Shown here: in pieces, positions 1-11,345 of the stretch
Position numbering within the stretch: position 1 is the stretch's first letter
How the letters are laid out: the number at the start of each line of letters is the position of its first letter
NCBI GenBank assembly: GCA_002269645.1
Contig: NIVC01000109.1
Span: 669,670-733,669 of the forward strand
Direction of reading: 5' to 3'
Length of the DNA stretch: 64,000 bases
DNA from: Macrostomum lignano
Lineage: Eukaryota
Notes under the pieces: model-generated
What the model saw: the letters and a program-made list of their open reading frames with translations, nothing else
What the model was told of the DNA's origin: nothing
Database searches by the model: none
Translations under genes and position numbers: made by a program

Positions 1-470
1 GGGGTCACTCAGTCTCACTAGATCTCCGCCTGATGTCACTCAGTCTCGCTAGATCTCCGCCTGGGGTCACTCAGTCTCACTAGATCTCCACCTAATGTCA
101 CTCAGTCTCGCTAGATCTCCGCCTGGGGTCACTCAGTCTCACTAGATCTCCGCCTGGTGTCACTTAGTCTCGCTAGATCTTCGCCTGGGGTCACTCAGTC
201 TCACTAGATCTCCGCCTGGGGTCACTCAGTCTCACTAGATCTCCGCCTGATGTCACTCAGTCTCGCTAGATCTCCGCCTGGGGTCACTCAGTCTCGCTAG
301 ATCTCCGCCTGGGGTCACTCAGTCTCACTAGATCTCCGCCTGATGTCACTCAGTCTCGCTAGATCTCCGCCTGGGGTCACTCAGTCTCGCTAGATCTTCG
401 CCTGGGGTCACTCAGTCTCACTAGATCTCCGCCTGATGTCACTCAGTCTCACTAGATCTCCGCCTGGGGT
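1..470. repeat. 31-bp minisatellite (GGGGTCACTCAGTCTCACTAGATCTCCGCCT)n, about 15 units, runs off the window start
   Basis: Period of 31 read directly from the sequence; no unique spacers between units. Confidence 0.95.
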
Positions 471-588
471 CAACTACGTCTTTGTGTAATACTTGTACGC
501 TCGTACTTGTAGAATGGGATCTCATAGGTAAACCCTAGCTTGATAAAATAAACCTCACTGCAGAGTGTACATGTAACCGCGAGCTCAC

Positions 589-891
589 CCAGGTGCAGCA
601 CAATGCTCTTGGTGATAGTCCTGCCGGACACCAGATTCTGGGTTGCCCGGCACTCCAGCAGCAGACTGTTGTAGCTTCGATGTAGCCGAATGAACAGAAT
701 TCTGGAGCTGGCCAGTAGCTGCTGGTTCACTGCGGGTTCGGGAAATTGACTGACTGACTGACTGACTGACTGACTGACTGACTGACTGACTGACTGACTG
801 ACTGACTGACTGACTGACTGACTGACTGACTGACTGACTGACTGACTGACTGACTGACTGACTGACTGACTGACTGACTGACTGACTGAAT

Positions 892-972
<81 letters not shown>

Positions 973-1009
973 GACTAACTAACTTACTAACTAACTAACT
1001 AACTGACTG

Positions 1010-1048
<39 letters not shown>

Positions 1049-1053
1049 GACTG

Positions 1054-1143
<90 letters not shown>

Positions 1144-1144
1144 C

Positions 1145-1175
<31 letters not shown>

Positions 1176-1213
1176 CAACTAACTGACTAACTAACTAACT
1201 AACTAACTTACTT

Positions 1214-1254
<41 letters not shown>

Positions 1255-1283
1255 GTAACTAACTAACTAAGTAACTAACTAAG

Positions 1284-1326
<43 letters not shown>

Positions 1327-3378
1327 GTAACTAACTAAACTAGCATCAATAATCTAAATAAGCATATTCTAAACTCACAGCTCAAATCCTTCCTCGGTGG
1401 ATCTTTCTTAGTCTCCGTCCCGTTCAAGGTGAACATCCTGGGCTCGGTTGAGTACTCGGTGCTGAACAGCCACTCCACCGGGTAGCGGGTCTGCTCAGAC
1501 GTCAGCTCGATTCCGCCCAGGTAGAAAGCCAGGCGAGGCGGCGGAATCGCAGCCTTTTTGGTGAAGCATTCGAACCGGTTGCTAGGAGATTCTGTAGCAC
1601 TCGAATTGACGGATGAAGCGGTCGCTGAGGTGGATGAAGTCCAGTTGCTGGGCGATATCGGGTCCCAGCTGGCGAGCACGAGGCTCTCCTCAGGCAGCAC
1701 CTCTGCGTTAAAGTTCGACGCAAGCAAAATTTCAGTTTTTAATTACTACGAGTGTATACTTGGAAAAAGTAAAGTTTTCTCAAGTATTGCTACTAATAGT
1801 TGGCAAATTAGAGCTATCTTTATAGAGTCCCAGTGTTTCTTGGGAAAATGCTACGTATTATTATCATATGATGCTTGACCTTGGTTGATTAGTTGAAATG
1901 CTTGCCTAAGTACAGTATTTCAGCTGCTCTTATCTTTTTAGAGCGGAGTTTCTCGACTATTTTTGTCTATGGCCAACCCCCATTTAGGGCTGTGCGACTG
2001 TAAAAACAACTCACTGTAGTACTGCAGGTAGGCGCTGTCATTCCTGTTGTCCGACAGACTTCGACAGGACCACAGGCCCACATGTCGCGGATTGAACACC
2101 TCTAAGCTGATGGAGCAGGTGAGGCTGTTGCCAGACTCCTGGCAGGTAACGTTCGAGCTCTGCTGCTGCCCAGCGGTGTCCGCGGCGAACTGCACGCTGG
2201 ACGGAGTGCACTGCGGCGGCTTGCCGGCGAACCCGAACTGGCAGTTGCTGTAGCCTCGCTGGGCCTGCGGTGCCAATGGGGCGACTGGATATTACACAAA
2301 TACTCACCTCGTGTTAGAGTTCGAGCCCGTGACCACAAAAAATTCGAGTCCGGGACCACAATAGGGTCCGAACCCGGAACCACAATAGACTTCGAGTCTG
2401 TGCCAACAATAAAACTCGAGCCCAGCAGGACAATTTCAATAAGGTTCAAGCCCGGGACCACAATGCAGGTTAATCACCGGTACGTCAATCGCCAGAAAAG
2501 GTTGCTGGCTGGCATTCTGCCGGGTCCAACGGCAGGCGAACTCCCAGGGCCGCTCAAACGGAATCTCAATGGTGTTTGGCTCCGTGTTGAAGTTTCTGGC
2601 GTACGGACGGCTGATCACTATGGTTGGCTCCGCCATCACTTCGTCTGCGAGTATTTTATTGCATGAGATAGCCATTGTGAGATACATGTGAGGTTTTGGA
2701 GTTAGAAAGAAACTTTTCTGCACTCCCTCACTCTCCCTGACTGCCCCTCACTCTCCCTCACTCTCCCTCACTCCCCCTCACTCTCCCTGACTCCCCCTCA
2801 CTCTCCTTCACTCTCCCTCACTCCCCCTCACTCTCACTCACTCTCCCTCACTCTCACTCACTCTCACTCACTCTCCCTCACTCTCACTCACTCTCCCTCA
2901 CTCTCCCTCACTCTCCCTCACTCTCCCTCACTCTCCCTCACTCTCCCTCACTCTCCCTCACTCTCCCTCACTCTCCCTCACTCTCCCTCACTCTCTCTCA
3001 CTCACTCTCCCTCACTCTCCCTCACTCTCCCTCACTCTCCCTCACTCTCCCTCACTCTCCCTCACTCACTCTCCCTCACTCTCCCTCACTCTCCCTCACT
3101 CTCCCTCAAACTCCCTCACTCTCCCTCACTCTCCCTGACTCCCCCTCACTCTCCCTCACTCTCCCTCACTCCCCTTCACTCTCCCTGACTCCCCCTCACT
3201 CTCCCTCGCTCTCCCTCACTCCCCTTCACTCTCCCTGACTCCCCCTCACTCTCCCTCACTCTCCCTCACTCTCCCTCACTCTCCCTCACTCTCCCTCTTC
3301 TTCTATATCCCAACCTCTCTGCTTACCTTGATTGCTGATACAGCAGATCATGACGAAATTCACGAAGAAAAAAATCAT
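589..3378 (-). CDS. Gene A: spliced signal-peptide + Ig-like (C2/nephrin-like) domain protein; may continue to the left
   Basis: Exons 3378-3327 (MIFFFVNFVMICCISNQ, signal-peptide-like), 2644-2462, 2284-2015, 1702-1379, 729-589. All have GT/AG boundaries in phase 1 and internal exon lengths divisible by 3. Motifs WEFACRW, VGLWSC, ECF..AIPPPRL, LECRATQ. Exon-by-exon homologous to gene B. The donor at 2461 (GTGGTC) is weak. Confidence 0.75.
748..1335. repeat. Compound tetranucleotide microsatellite (GACT)n switching to (AACT)n, in the last visible intron of gene A
   Basis: Read directly; the switch is at about 889. Confidence 0.97.
2723..3297. repeat. 10-bp tandem repeat (CTCACTCTCC)n in intron 1 of gene A
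   Basis: Read directly. Confidence 0.95.
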
Positions 3379-3819
3379 TTCTTCAATTAAGGCACTGGTT
3401 AAATATTTTCAGTTTTACTACAATCGTATGAAAAAGGGGTTTAAAATAATATCAAACATGCCTTCACCCTACTCTTGTGCGTCAAATATATTCCATTCGG
3501 TCAATTCGCAGCCACGGATTTGTTTACCGTAGCAACGCCATTAGCAACTTGGCAATGTTTTCGTTATACCCAATGCCTTTTCATTGAAACTGAGACAGGA
3601 AATCTTTGAGTGAATTGTCGATTTGCTGCAGCAATGCTAATTAGGCCATAATGGCATGCACGATATGTAGACTTGTTCAATATTCCGCTCTAAAAGGAAT
3701 GAAGCCTTGCTGTTTGGCACCTCAGCCGGTGACTCATGGAATGCTGATTTTCACTCAGGCTGGATAAATGAATGACTTCATTTTTTAGCTGAGCTATGTT
3801 TCACATTTGAGTTATCAGT

Positions 3820-4012
3820 GCTTACTCCCCGCTCACTCTACCACACTTTCTCTTACTCCCCGCTCACTCTACCTCACTTTCTCTTACTCCCCGCTCACTC
3901 TACCTCACTTTCTCTTACTCCCCGCTCACTCTACCTCACTTTCTCTTACTCCCCGCTCACTCTACCTCACTTTCTCTTACTCCTCGCTCACTCTACCTCA
4001 CTTTCTCTTACT
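3820..4012. repeat. 31-bp minisatellite (TCTTACTCCCCGCTCACTCTACCTCACTTTC)n
   Basis: About 6 units read directly. Confidence 0.9.
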
Positions 4013-4026
4013 TCCCATTGACTCAC

Positions 4027-7000
4027 CACTTGAACCCTCATTTTCCTGGCCGTCTCCAAACACAATGGTCAGGTTGCTGCTGGCCCTGCTGTGGCTGTGC
4101 GAGAGGCCCTGACTGGCCGAGCAGACCAACGTCTGACCGCTGCAGTTTCTGAGTTGGCTGCTCAGCTGGACACTGCGACTGGAGGCCAGCAGCTGCTGGT
4201 TCACTGCGAGTGGAGATGTGACAGGTTTGAGCCAGGTTTGAGTCAGGTTTGAGACAGGTTTGAGCCAAGTTTGAGCCAAGTTTGAGCCAAGTTTGAGACA
4301 GGTTTGAGCCAAGTTTGAGACAGGTTTGAGTCAGGTTTGAGCCAAGTTTAAGCCAAGTTTGAGACAGGTTTGAGCCAAGTTTGAGCCAAGTTTGAGCCAA
4401 GTTTGAGACAGGTTTGAGTCAGGTTTGAGTCAGGTTTGAGCCAAGTTTGAGACAGGTTTGAGTCAGGTTTGAGTCAGGTTTAAGTCAGGTTTGAGTCAGG
4501 TTTGAGTCAGGTTTGAGTCAGGTTTGAGTCAGGTTTGAGTCAGGTTTGAGTCAGGTTCGAGCCAGGTTTGAGTCAGGTTTGAGACAGGTTTGAGTCAGGT
4601 TTGAGTCAGGTTTGAGTCAGGTTCAAGTCAGGTTTGAGTCAGGTTTGAGTCAGGTTTGAGCCAAGTTTGAGACAGGTTTGAGTCAGGTTTGAGCCAGGTT
4701 TGAGCCAAGTTTGAGACAGGTTTGAGCCAGGTTTGAGCCAGGTTTGAGACAGGTTTGAGTCAGGTTTGAGACAAGTTTGAGACAGGTTTGAGACAAGTTT
4801 GAGCCAGGTTTGAGCCAAGTTTGAGACAGGTATAAGCCGAATTTGAGCCAAGTTTGAACCAGGTTTGAGCCAGGTTTGAGCCAGGTTTGAGACAGGTTTG
4901 AGTCAGGTTTGAGACAAGTTTGAGACAAGTTTGAGACAGGTTTGAGACAAGTTTGAGCCAGGTTTGAGCCAAGTTTGAGACAGGTATAAGCCGAATTTGA
5001 GCCAAGTTTGAACCAGGTTTCTCTCTGACTAATTCAAAATATACTCTGTCAGATTATCGTGTCAGGTTAATGTCGCTATCGTGTCCTAATTATGCAACTG
5101 TTTATGTCAAATTTATTGCGTCATGGTGATGTTAGAACGGGTCTGAAACTGACATTGATCTTGTGTGGGAGAAGCGAAGGTCCTCACAGCTCAAGCCTCT
5201 GACAGGCGGCTCAACAGTCGCATCGGTCTTATTCAGCGAGTACATTGTCGGTTGAGGCGAGAAGGAGTTCTCTGACAGCCAATCGACCAGATTCGAGCTG
5301 GTCGCGAGTTCGACTCCGTCCAGGTAGAAAGCCAGCCGAGCAGGCGGGATGACGGCCTCCTTGGTGAAGCACTCGAATCTGTTGGCGCTGGAGTTGCCGC
5401 CATCTGGCAGCAGGGGGTCCCAGCTGACGAGCGCCAGGCTGCTCTGAGGCAGAATCTCTGCAGATTGGTTTTCTTTGTTTTACCAAAGTTTTACCAAATT
5501 ACTACTAATAAGTAGAGTATTTCAGCTCTAAATACTAGGAATCTAGTGACCCCCTCCGGGGCGCTCAATAAGCAAGGGCAAAAATATTCATGAAAATGCA
5601 TTAAAAAAGCACATATTCTTAAGAATCAGTTCCTTCTTCAGTTTTATAAATCACACTGGAGTTCAAAGAAGCAGTACTGGACTGCCCGAAAATGCATATT
5701 AGGAGTGATGAGAGTCGGGACATTTTTCCTAGCTTGCTTTTGCCAAGGACGACTTAAGTAGAAGGACGGGAAACCTCGTTTCTTAGAAAAACCTAGAAGG
5801 CAGGTTTTTCCGAAAAAAATACACTACGGAGATAGGAAGTTTTCATTTTTTCAGCACAAAAATTGCTATTGCTTTTGATAGGAGACAGATCCAGTGTTCA
5901 TCTTTTGATATTTTGTGCCTTTTTTATTGCTCTATCGATATTCATAAGGCTTTTAGTTCAAAGAAGTAGGGTTCTATGTGAATTTTTTATTCTACGTAAA
6001 TTTTTTTTCGGAAAAACCTGCCTTCTAAATTTTTCTAAGAAACGAGGTTTCCCGTCCTTCTACTTAAGTCGTCCTTGGCTTTTGCATTTAAGTTCTCTCA
6101 TGCGGAGCACAGAGCCTGCACTGAACACTGCGAATTGTTGCACCTACTGACTTCGCTTTCACTCAACTGTTACGAGATGCTTACTTCCCTCACCTTTACC
6201 TATAGTCCCAAATTCTTACTTACTGTAATACTGCAGAAATATGCCATCCTCTTGTTCATCCATCAGACTCTTGCAGAACCACGGCCCGATGTGAAGCGGA
6301 TTGAAGCCGCCCACAATGCCAGCGGAGCAGGTGAGAGAGTTGCCGGACTCCCTGCAGGTCAGGTTCGAGCTCTGGTACTGTCCGTCATCAGTGGCGAATT
6401 TCATACTCGAGGGTGTGCAGCCGGCTGGCCCGCTGGCCGAGCTGAACTGGCAGTTGTTGGAGCTCCTCTGAGTCTGTGTGATGCGGAATGCGAGAGTTTG
6501 GGGCTGGCTTATTATATTCATGCACTTCATTAGCCGACAGAGTCATGCGTCGAAGCACTCTCTAAGATCAAGCTCGTAGGAGTGAGAGTCATGCATGGCC
6601 TGACTAACAACAACAACAACAATAGCAACAACAACAACAACAACAACAACAACAGCAACAACAACAACAACAACAACAACAGCAACAACAACAACAGGCA
6701 ACGCCCTTTCTTCGGGCGGCGAAGAGCGCCGGGAATCGGTCACCGCTCCTGGCTCAGGGGCGGTGAGTGTGGCTCGGTCCGGCCCTCTGTGCTCAGCCTT
6801 TGTCGCTGGCTCTGTCAGCGGTAGGGGTTTGGCACCTGGTCCGGTTATTTCGAGCTCGGTCCGCAGTCAACAACAACAACAACAACAACAACAACCACAA
6901 CAACAACAGCAACAGCAACAAAAACAACAACAATCAGCGCCTTGCCAACAGCCACATCCGGCTCCCACCCTGGAACTCGTTGGCCGACGCCAGAGTGCGC

Positions 7001-7885
7001 ATGTTCACTAAGCTGCTGTTCGAGCCACTTGAAACCGACGCCGTCCAGGCGGTCCAAGCCACCACGACCGCGCGCTGCCCGAACGCCGCCACTTACTTCA
7101 CCGACGGATACGTCTCGGGTGGCGTTGAAAACGGAGGTGCGGCCTGGATTCTCTTGAGCCAGGACGGCTCCATCAGCCAGAGCCGCGGTTGGCCGAGGGC
7201 CGCTGGTGCAGCTCCTTTGAGGCTGAACTTATCGCCATCTTCCAGGCGCTAAGCGACATAATTGCCAACCCCCCGACAGAGGCTGCCATTCTCACCGACA
7301 GCCAGAGCGCCATCGCGGTTCTAAAATCCGATCGACCATCAACCAACCCGCTCGTGGAGAGCGTTAAGGAACGCCTTATCACCGCCGCCCGTCGTTCGAA
7401 GATCATCCTGCAGTGGGTGCCCGGGCACGCCGGAATCCCCGGAAACGAACTTGTGGATGCCGAGGCCAAACTAGCGGCCACGCTGCCTCAGGAACATGTC
7501 GGCATCACCCTGGATTCGGCGAGGGCCCGCATCCGACGGGCTGTTAACTACTCGCCCAACATGTCTACGAGTATGGCCAAAAGATTACGATGCATGAGGG
7601 CCCGTGCAGACAACAGGTCCTGGTCTCGCAGGTCCGCGCCGGGCACTGTCCTGCATCAACCTACTACCGCAACCGCATCAGCATTAAGGTCGGGGGCAAC
7701 TGCCGTCTCTGCGCGGAAGAGGTTGATCAGTACCACCCCCTCAACTGCCCGGCCCTGGACGTCCAACGCCGTACTCACGGCATTACCGAAATGTGTCAAC
7801 TCGCTCGTGCAGACGTAGTGGCGCTTCACCTAGGGGCCATCGGTTGGTGTCCCCTTTAGGAGAGGCTCACCGCATTCAACAACAA

Positions 7886-7923
<38 letters not shown>

Positions 7924-10900
7924 GCAACAACAACAGCAACAACGACAACAACAACAATAACAACAACAACAACAACAGCAACAACAAAAACAACAACAAC
8001 AACAGCAATAACAACAGCAACAACAACAACAAGCCGATGGGACACAAGGTGTCCGAGTTTCCGGAGCTCTTCGACACCCGTTGAATTGGGTGCCTTCCCT
8101 CCGCGACGTAGACGCGGCGCCGGGTAGGAGCTGGAACCGTGGCTCCAGGCCGTCCGTAAAGGTCGACGGGTAAACGGGTGCTCCAGTTTCCGGCCCGTCA
8201 GCCTTACGTCCATCTGCGTTAAACTCATGGAGCGGATGGTGCTGGACCGGCTGATGCACTGGCTCGAGACCAACGGCACTCTGCAGCCCTGCCAAGCGGG
8301 CTTTCAACGCGGCTGGAGCTGCGAGGAACAGATTGCCCGCCTCGTGCAAGAAATCCAGGGCGGATGGGAAGGCCCCACTCAAGACTCTGGCAGTCACGCT
8401 CGATTGCTCTAGAGCGTTCGAGAGTGGCGAGCCAAGCTCCTGGCTCGTCTCATGGATGAAGGCCTGCCCGGCCGTATTATTCGCTGGTTTGCCAGCTTTC
8501 TGGAGGGGCGTCAAATCGCCGTGCGTGTCGGCGAGGCAGTCGGCAAGTGGCGCCCCCTACGCGAAGGGGTGCCCCAGAGGGCCGTCAGCTCTCCCATCCT
8601 CTTCCTCCTGTACATTAACGCCTGGCGGGACAAACTGGTCCCCAGGTTTGCTACGGAGGATTCGCTGATGACCTCGGCATTTGGACTACTGGTCGGAACA
8701 CTAACGAGCTGGAATCTCGTATTCAGTCTGCGCTCAACCGCATCGAAGACTGGGCGGCCGACTTGAGAATCGATCTTAACCCCGCCAAATCTGAGTGCTG
8801 TCTCTATACGCGCGATCGGAGCGAGCGAAATCGCCCTCTGAACCTGTCAATCTCTGGCATTCGTCTCCCTACCAAGCGTGGAGTCCGCTACCTCGGCGTC
8901 TGGATAGACGACGGCCTGATCTTTAAGCGCCAGACGGACGAAGTTGTTTCGAAAATGCACCGCCGTTGCAGAATCCTCCGTGCCCTGGCTCACAGAGAGT
9001 GGGGCTGGGACTGCGACACCCTCCGCACTGTCTACAAGGCGGTTGTCGAGTCCGTCGCCTGGCATGCGGCTGCGGCTTGGATGCCATGGCTGCCCAAAAC
9101 CAGGTTAGAGGAGTTAGACCGGGCCCAGTGGTAGGCATTGAGACTTATTACTGGATTGCCGAAGTCAACTCCCTGCAAGGCCGTCTACAAGGAAGCAAAT
9201 TGCGACCCCATTGGTGTCGAGGCCAAGCGGAGAGCCCTCATCGCCGTTGAAAAAGCTAAAAGAAGACCGACCAACGACCCTTGGCGCCAGATTTGCGAGC
9301 GCGAGGCCGACGTCCACCTCAAGGCCAACCGTGGACTCCGGGAGCAAGCGAACAGAATTTTGGCCAATCTCCTTCCGTTCAAGAGGCTTCCGAACTCATG
9401 GATTCGAGCGCCTCCCTGGGAAGCGTTTAACGGTATGGAACGACTTCGCCTCTTTCCGGAACTCGTCAGCCCCTGCAGCAAGTCCGACGACATCCAGGTC
9501 AGGCGCGACCTTTTTCAGGAGACTCGCAGAGCGCGCCTCCCTGACACTTGCTACTAAACTGACGGATCGGCCACTAGCGGCACCCAGCTTGGCGGTGCGG
9601 CCTGGATCCTGTATTGCAGCAGTCAGGACCAGATAATCCGTTCGGGGAGTGCAGCGGCCGGCAGATGGTGCAGTTCCTTCGAAGCTGAGCTCCGTGCCCT
9701 CTCTATGGCCCTGGGTGACATCCTTACGGAGGGTCTGCCAAATGCTGCCATCCTAACCGACAGCCAGGCCGCTATTCGTGCCATCCAAGCCGACTGTCCG
9801 ACTGTACCACCACCGACATCCTGCTCGAGGAGCTCAAGGGCCTCATTCGCAGTGCTACTCGGGTCACAGCTATCACCATACAGTGGATCCCGGGGCACGT
9901 GGGCGTCGACGGCAATGAGCTGGCCGATTGGGAGGCAAAACGGGCCACGGGCCTGCCGCAACAGCACGTTCCGCTAGCGCTAGCCGCGTCCAAGAGTCTG
10001 CTGCGCAGGTCCGTCCGGTACCAGCCCGTCCTGGAGGGACACCTGAAAGATGTCTACTCGGGGAGCCTTACCTGCCACGACGGCCCCAGAAATCAGAAGG
10101 TCCTCGTCTCGCAAGTCCGTGCAGGCCACTGTCCGGCTTCGGCTTATTATAAGAAGCGCATCGGGACGACCGACGAGGCCGCCTGTAGGCTGTGCGGGGA
10201 CGAGGTGACCCAGTTCCATATCCTGATCTGTCCTGCCCTGGACTCGACTCGCCGCATGCACGGAGTGCAAAACCTCAGCGACCTGGCCGATGGTCACGCG
10301 GTGGCGCGGCTCCTGGGTGCCCTCGATTGGGTCCCCATCTGATGGAGCCGCACTCCACACACAACAACAACAAAAACAAAAAAACAACAACAACAACAAC
10401 AACAACGACGACGACGACGACGAGGACGACGACGACAATAATAGCAACAACAACAAAGACGCCGCCCAGAGTAGCAAAGTCCCGAGGTCAGGTTAGGGTT
10501 AGGGTGCAGCTATAAAAGACTCATATTGGGGAATTGCTAAAATTCTGTTGCAAAATGCTAATGTGGGAATTGCTGAGATATCAAGGATCATGGGGTACGA
10601 ATTGCTGAAATGTTGTGGCTCATGGAGATAATTTTTGTGATTTCAAGGCTCAGGGAATTGCTGAGATATAAAGGCTCATATGGGGGGATCGGTGAAGTAC
10701 TTTGGCTCATGGGGGGGGGAATTGTTGAGAGCTGTCAAGGCGCTTATGGGGGCCTGCTCACATGCTTTGACGCCAAAGCTCATAGAGGATCTTATAGGCT
10801 ATACGAGCGTACGTGTAGAAGCTGGCTTTCGGGGCTGATGCTTTTTGTTTTAAACATAACTTTCCTAACAAAACTACGAGTTTAACAACAGCTTGCCTGT

Positions 10901-11345
10901 ACAAGGTCAAAATTGCCACATGTACATGTATTTTATTCAAAATTTTATTCCTGCTCTGTTGCCTCCCTGACGGGGGGGCGCAGATAATCACAGTTACTAA
11001 AAGAAGCCGCACAATATTACAGATAAATATTATTCTCACAGGTGCTTCAACTGCCAAGACAGGATTCTCGTTCGAGCTACTTCGGATCCAACGACAGGCG
11101 AACTGCCAACTCGAAGTGCTCTGCGACATTTCAATGGTGGTCGGGTTCGTGCCGGAGTTTCTGTGGTAAAATGCGCCGCTGATGAGAACCGACGGCTTGG
11201 CTGCCTCTGCGCCTGGTTTCGGTTTATTGGAGATGGAAATTACGGCAATCAATGAACTTTTAACGGTGTTTTTGTACCTGAGTAAACTTGAATCCTAGAG
11301 GTTTATCGTACCTGTCAGCATCAAGCAGCTCAGCAGTAGAAACAT
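4027..11345 (-). CDS. Gene B: paralog of gene A (signal peptide + Ig-like domains), possibly splice-defective or a pseudogene
   Basis: Exons 11345-11312 (MFLLLSCLMLT), 11212-11021, about 6487-6224, 5457-5188, 4203-4027; all phase 1 and open. Aligns with gene A (WQFACRW, CRESGNSLTC, NRFECFTKEAVIPPARLAFYLDG, VNQQLLASSR). The expected acceptor at 6488 reads CAT rather than CAG. The terminal exon was not resolved. Confidence 0.7.
4222..5018. repeat. 11-bp tandem repeat (CAGGTTTGAGT/C)n in an intron of gene B
   Basis: Read directly. Confidence 0.95.
5744..6077. mobile_element. hAT-type MITE, 334 bp
   Basis: About 80-bp terminal inverted repeats (CAAGGACGACTTAAGTAGAAGG... / ...CCTTCTACTTAAGTCGTCCTTG) flanked by an 8-bp direct repeat GCTTTTGC at 5736-5743 and 6078-6085. 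An 8-bp TSD with CA..TG ends is typical of hAT. Confidence 0.85.
6934..7876 (+). mobile_element. 5'-truncated non-LTR retrotransposon (I-group-like; RNase H + C-terminal CCHC region), frameshifted
   Basis: RNase H motifs YFTDG..GGAAW, RWCSSFEAEL, ILTDSQSAI, QWVPGHAGIPGNELVD; C-terminal CRLC..HPLNCPAL; ends in an (AAC)n tail. Confidence 0.9.
8033..10361 (+). mobile_element. 5'-truncated non-LTR retrotransposon (RT + RNase H + CCHC), degenerate; a different family from 6934-7876
   Basis: RT motifs RPVSLTSICVKLMERMV, QAGF, LDCSRAF, EGVPQ..SPILFLLYIN, RYLGVWID; RNase H TDGS..GGAAW, LTDSQAAI, WIPGHVGVDGNELAD; stops and frameshifts; (AAC)n tail. Confidence 0.93.

Larger units (their letters stand above)
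6606..10456 (+). repeat. Four (AAC)n-rich tracts (about 6606-6696, 6869-6933, 7877-8032, 10362-10456) separating retrotransposon fragments
   Basis: Read directly; each tract follows the 3' end of a non-LTR-like segment. Confidence 0.9.

Noticed and set aside
1-470. CRISPR-like look of the 28-35-bp periodic arrays (also 14420, 16490, 18700, 20735, 31060, 34170)
   Set aside because: The units are contiguous with no unique spacers, there are no cas genes, and the context is eukaryotic and intronic. They are minisatellites.
10385-10440. (AAC)n changing to (GAC)n within the LINE tail, suggestive of A-to-I editing
   Set aside because: A single point mutation followed by slippage explains it more simply.
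10493-10504. TTAGGGTTAGGG just after the last (AAC)n tail
   Set aside because: Two hexamers are within chance expectation. This is noted only because the LINE stack ends here.
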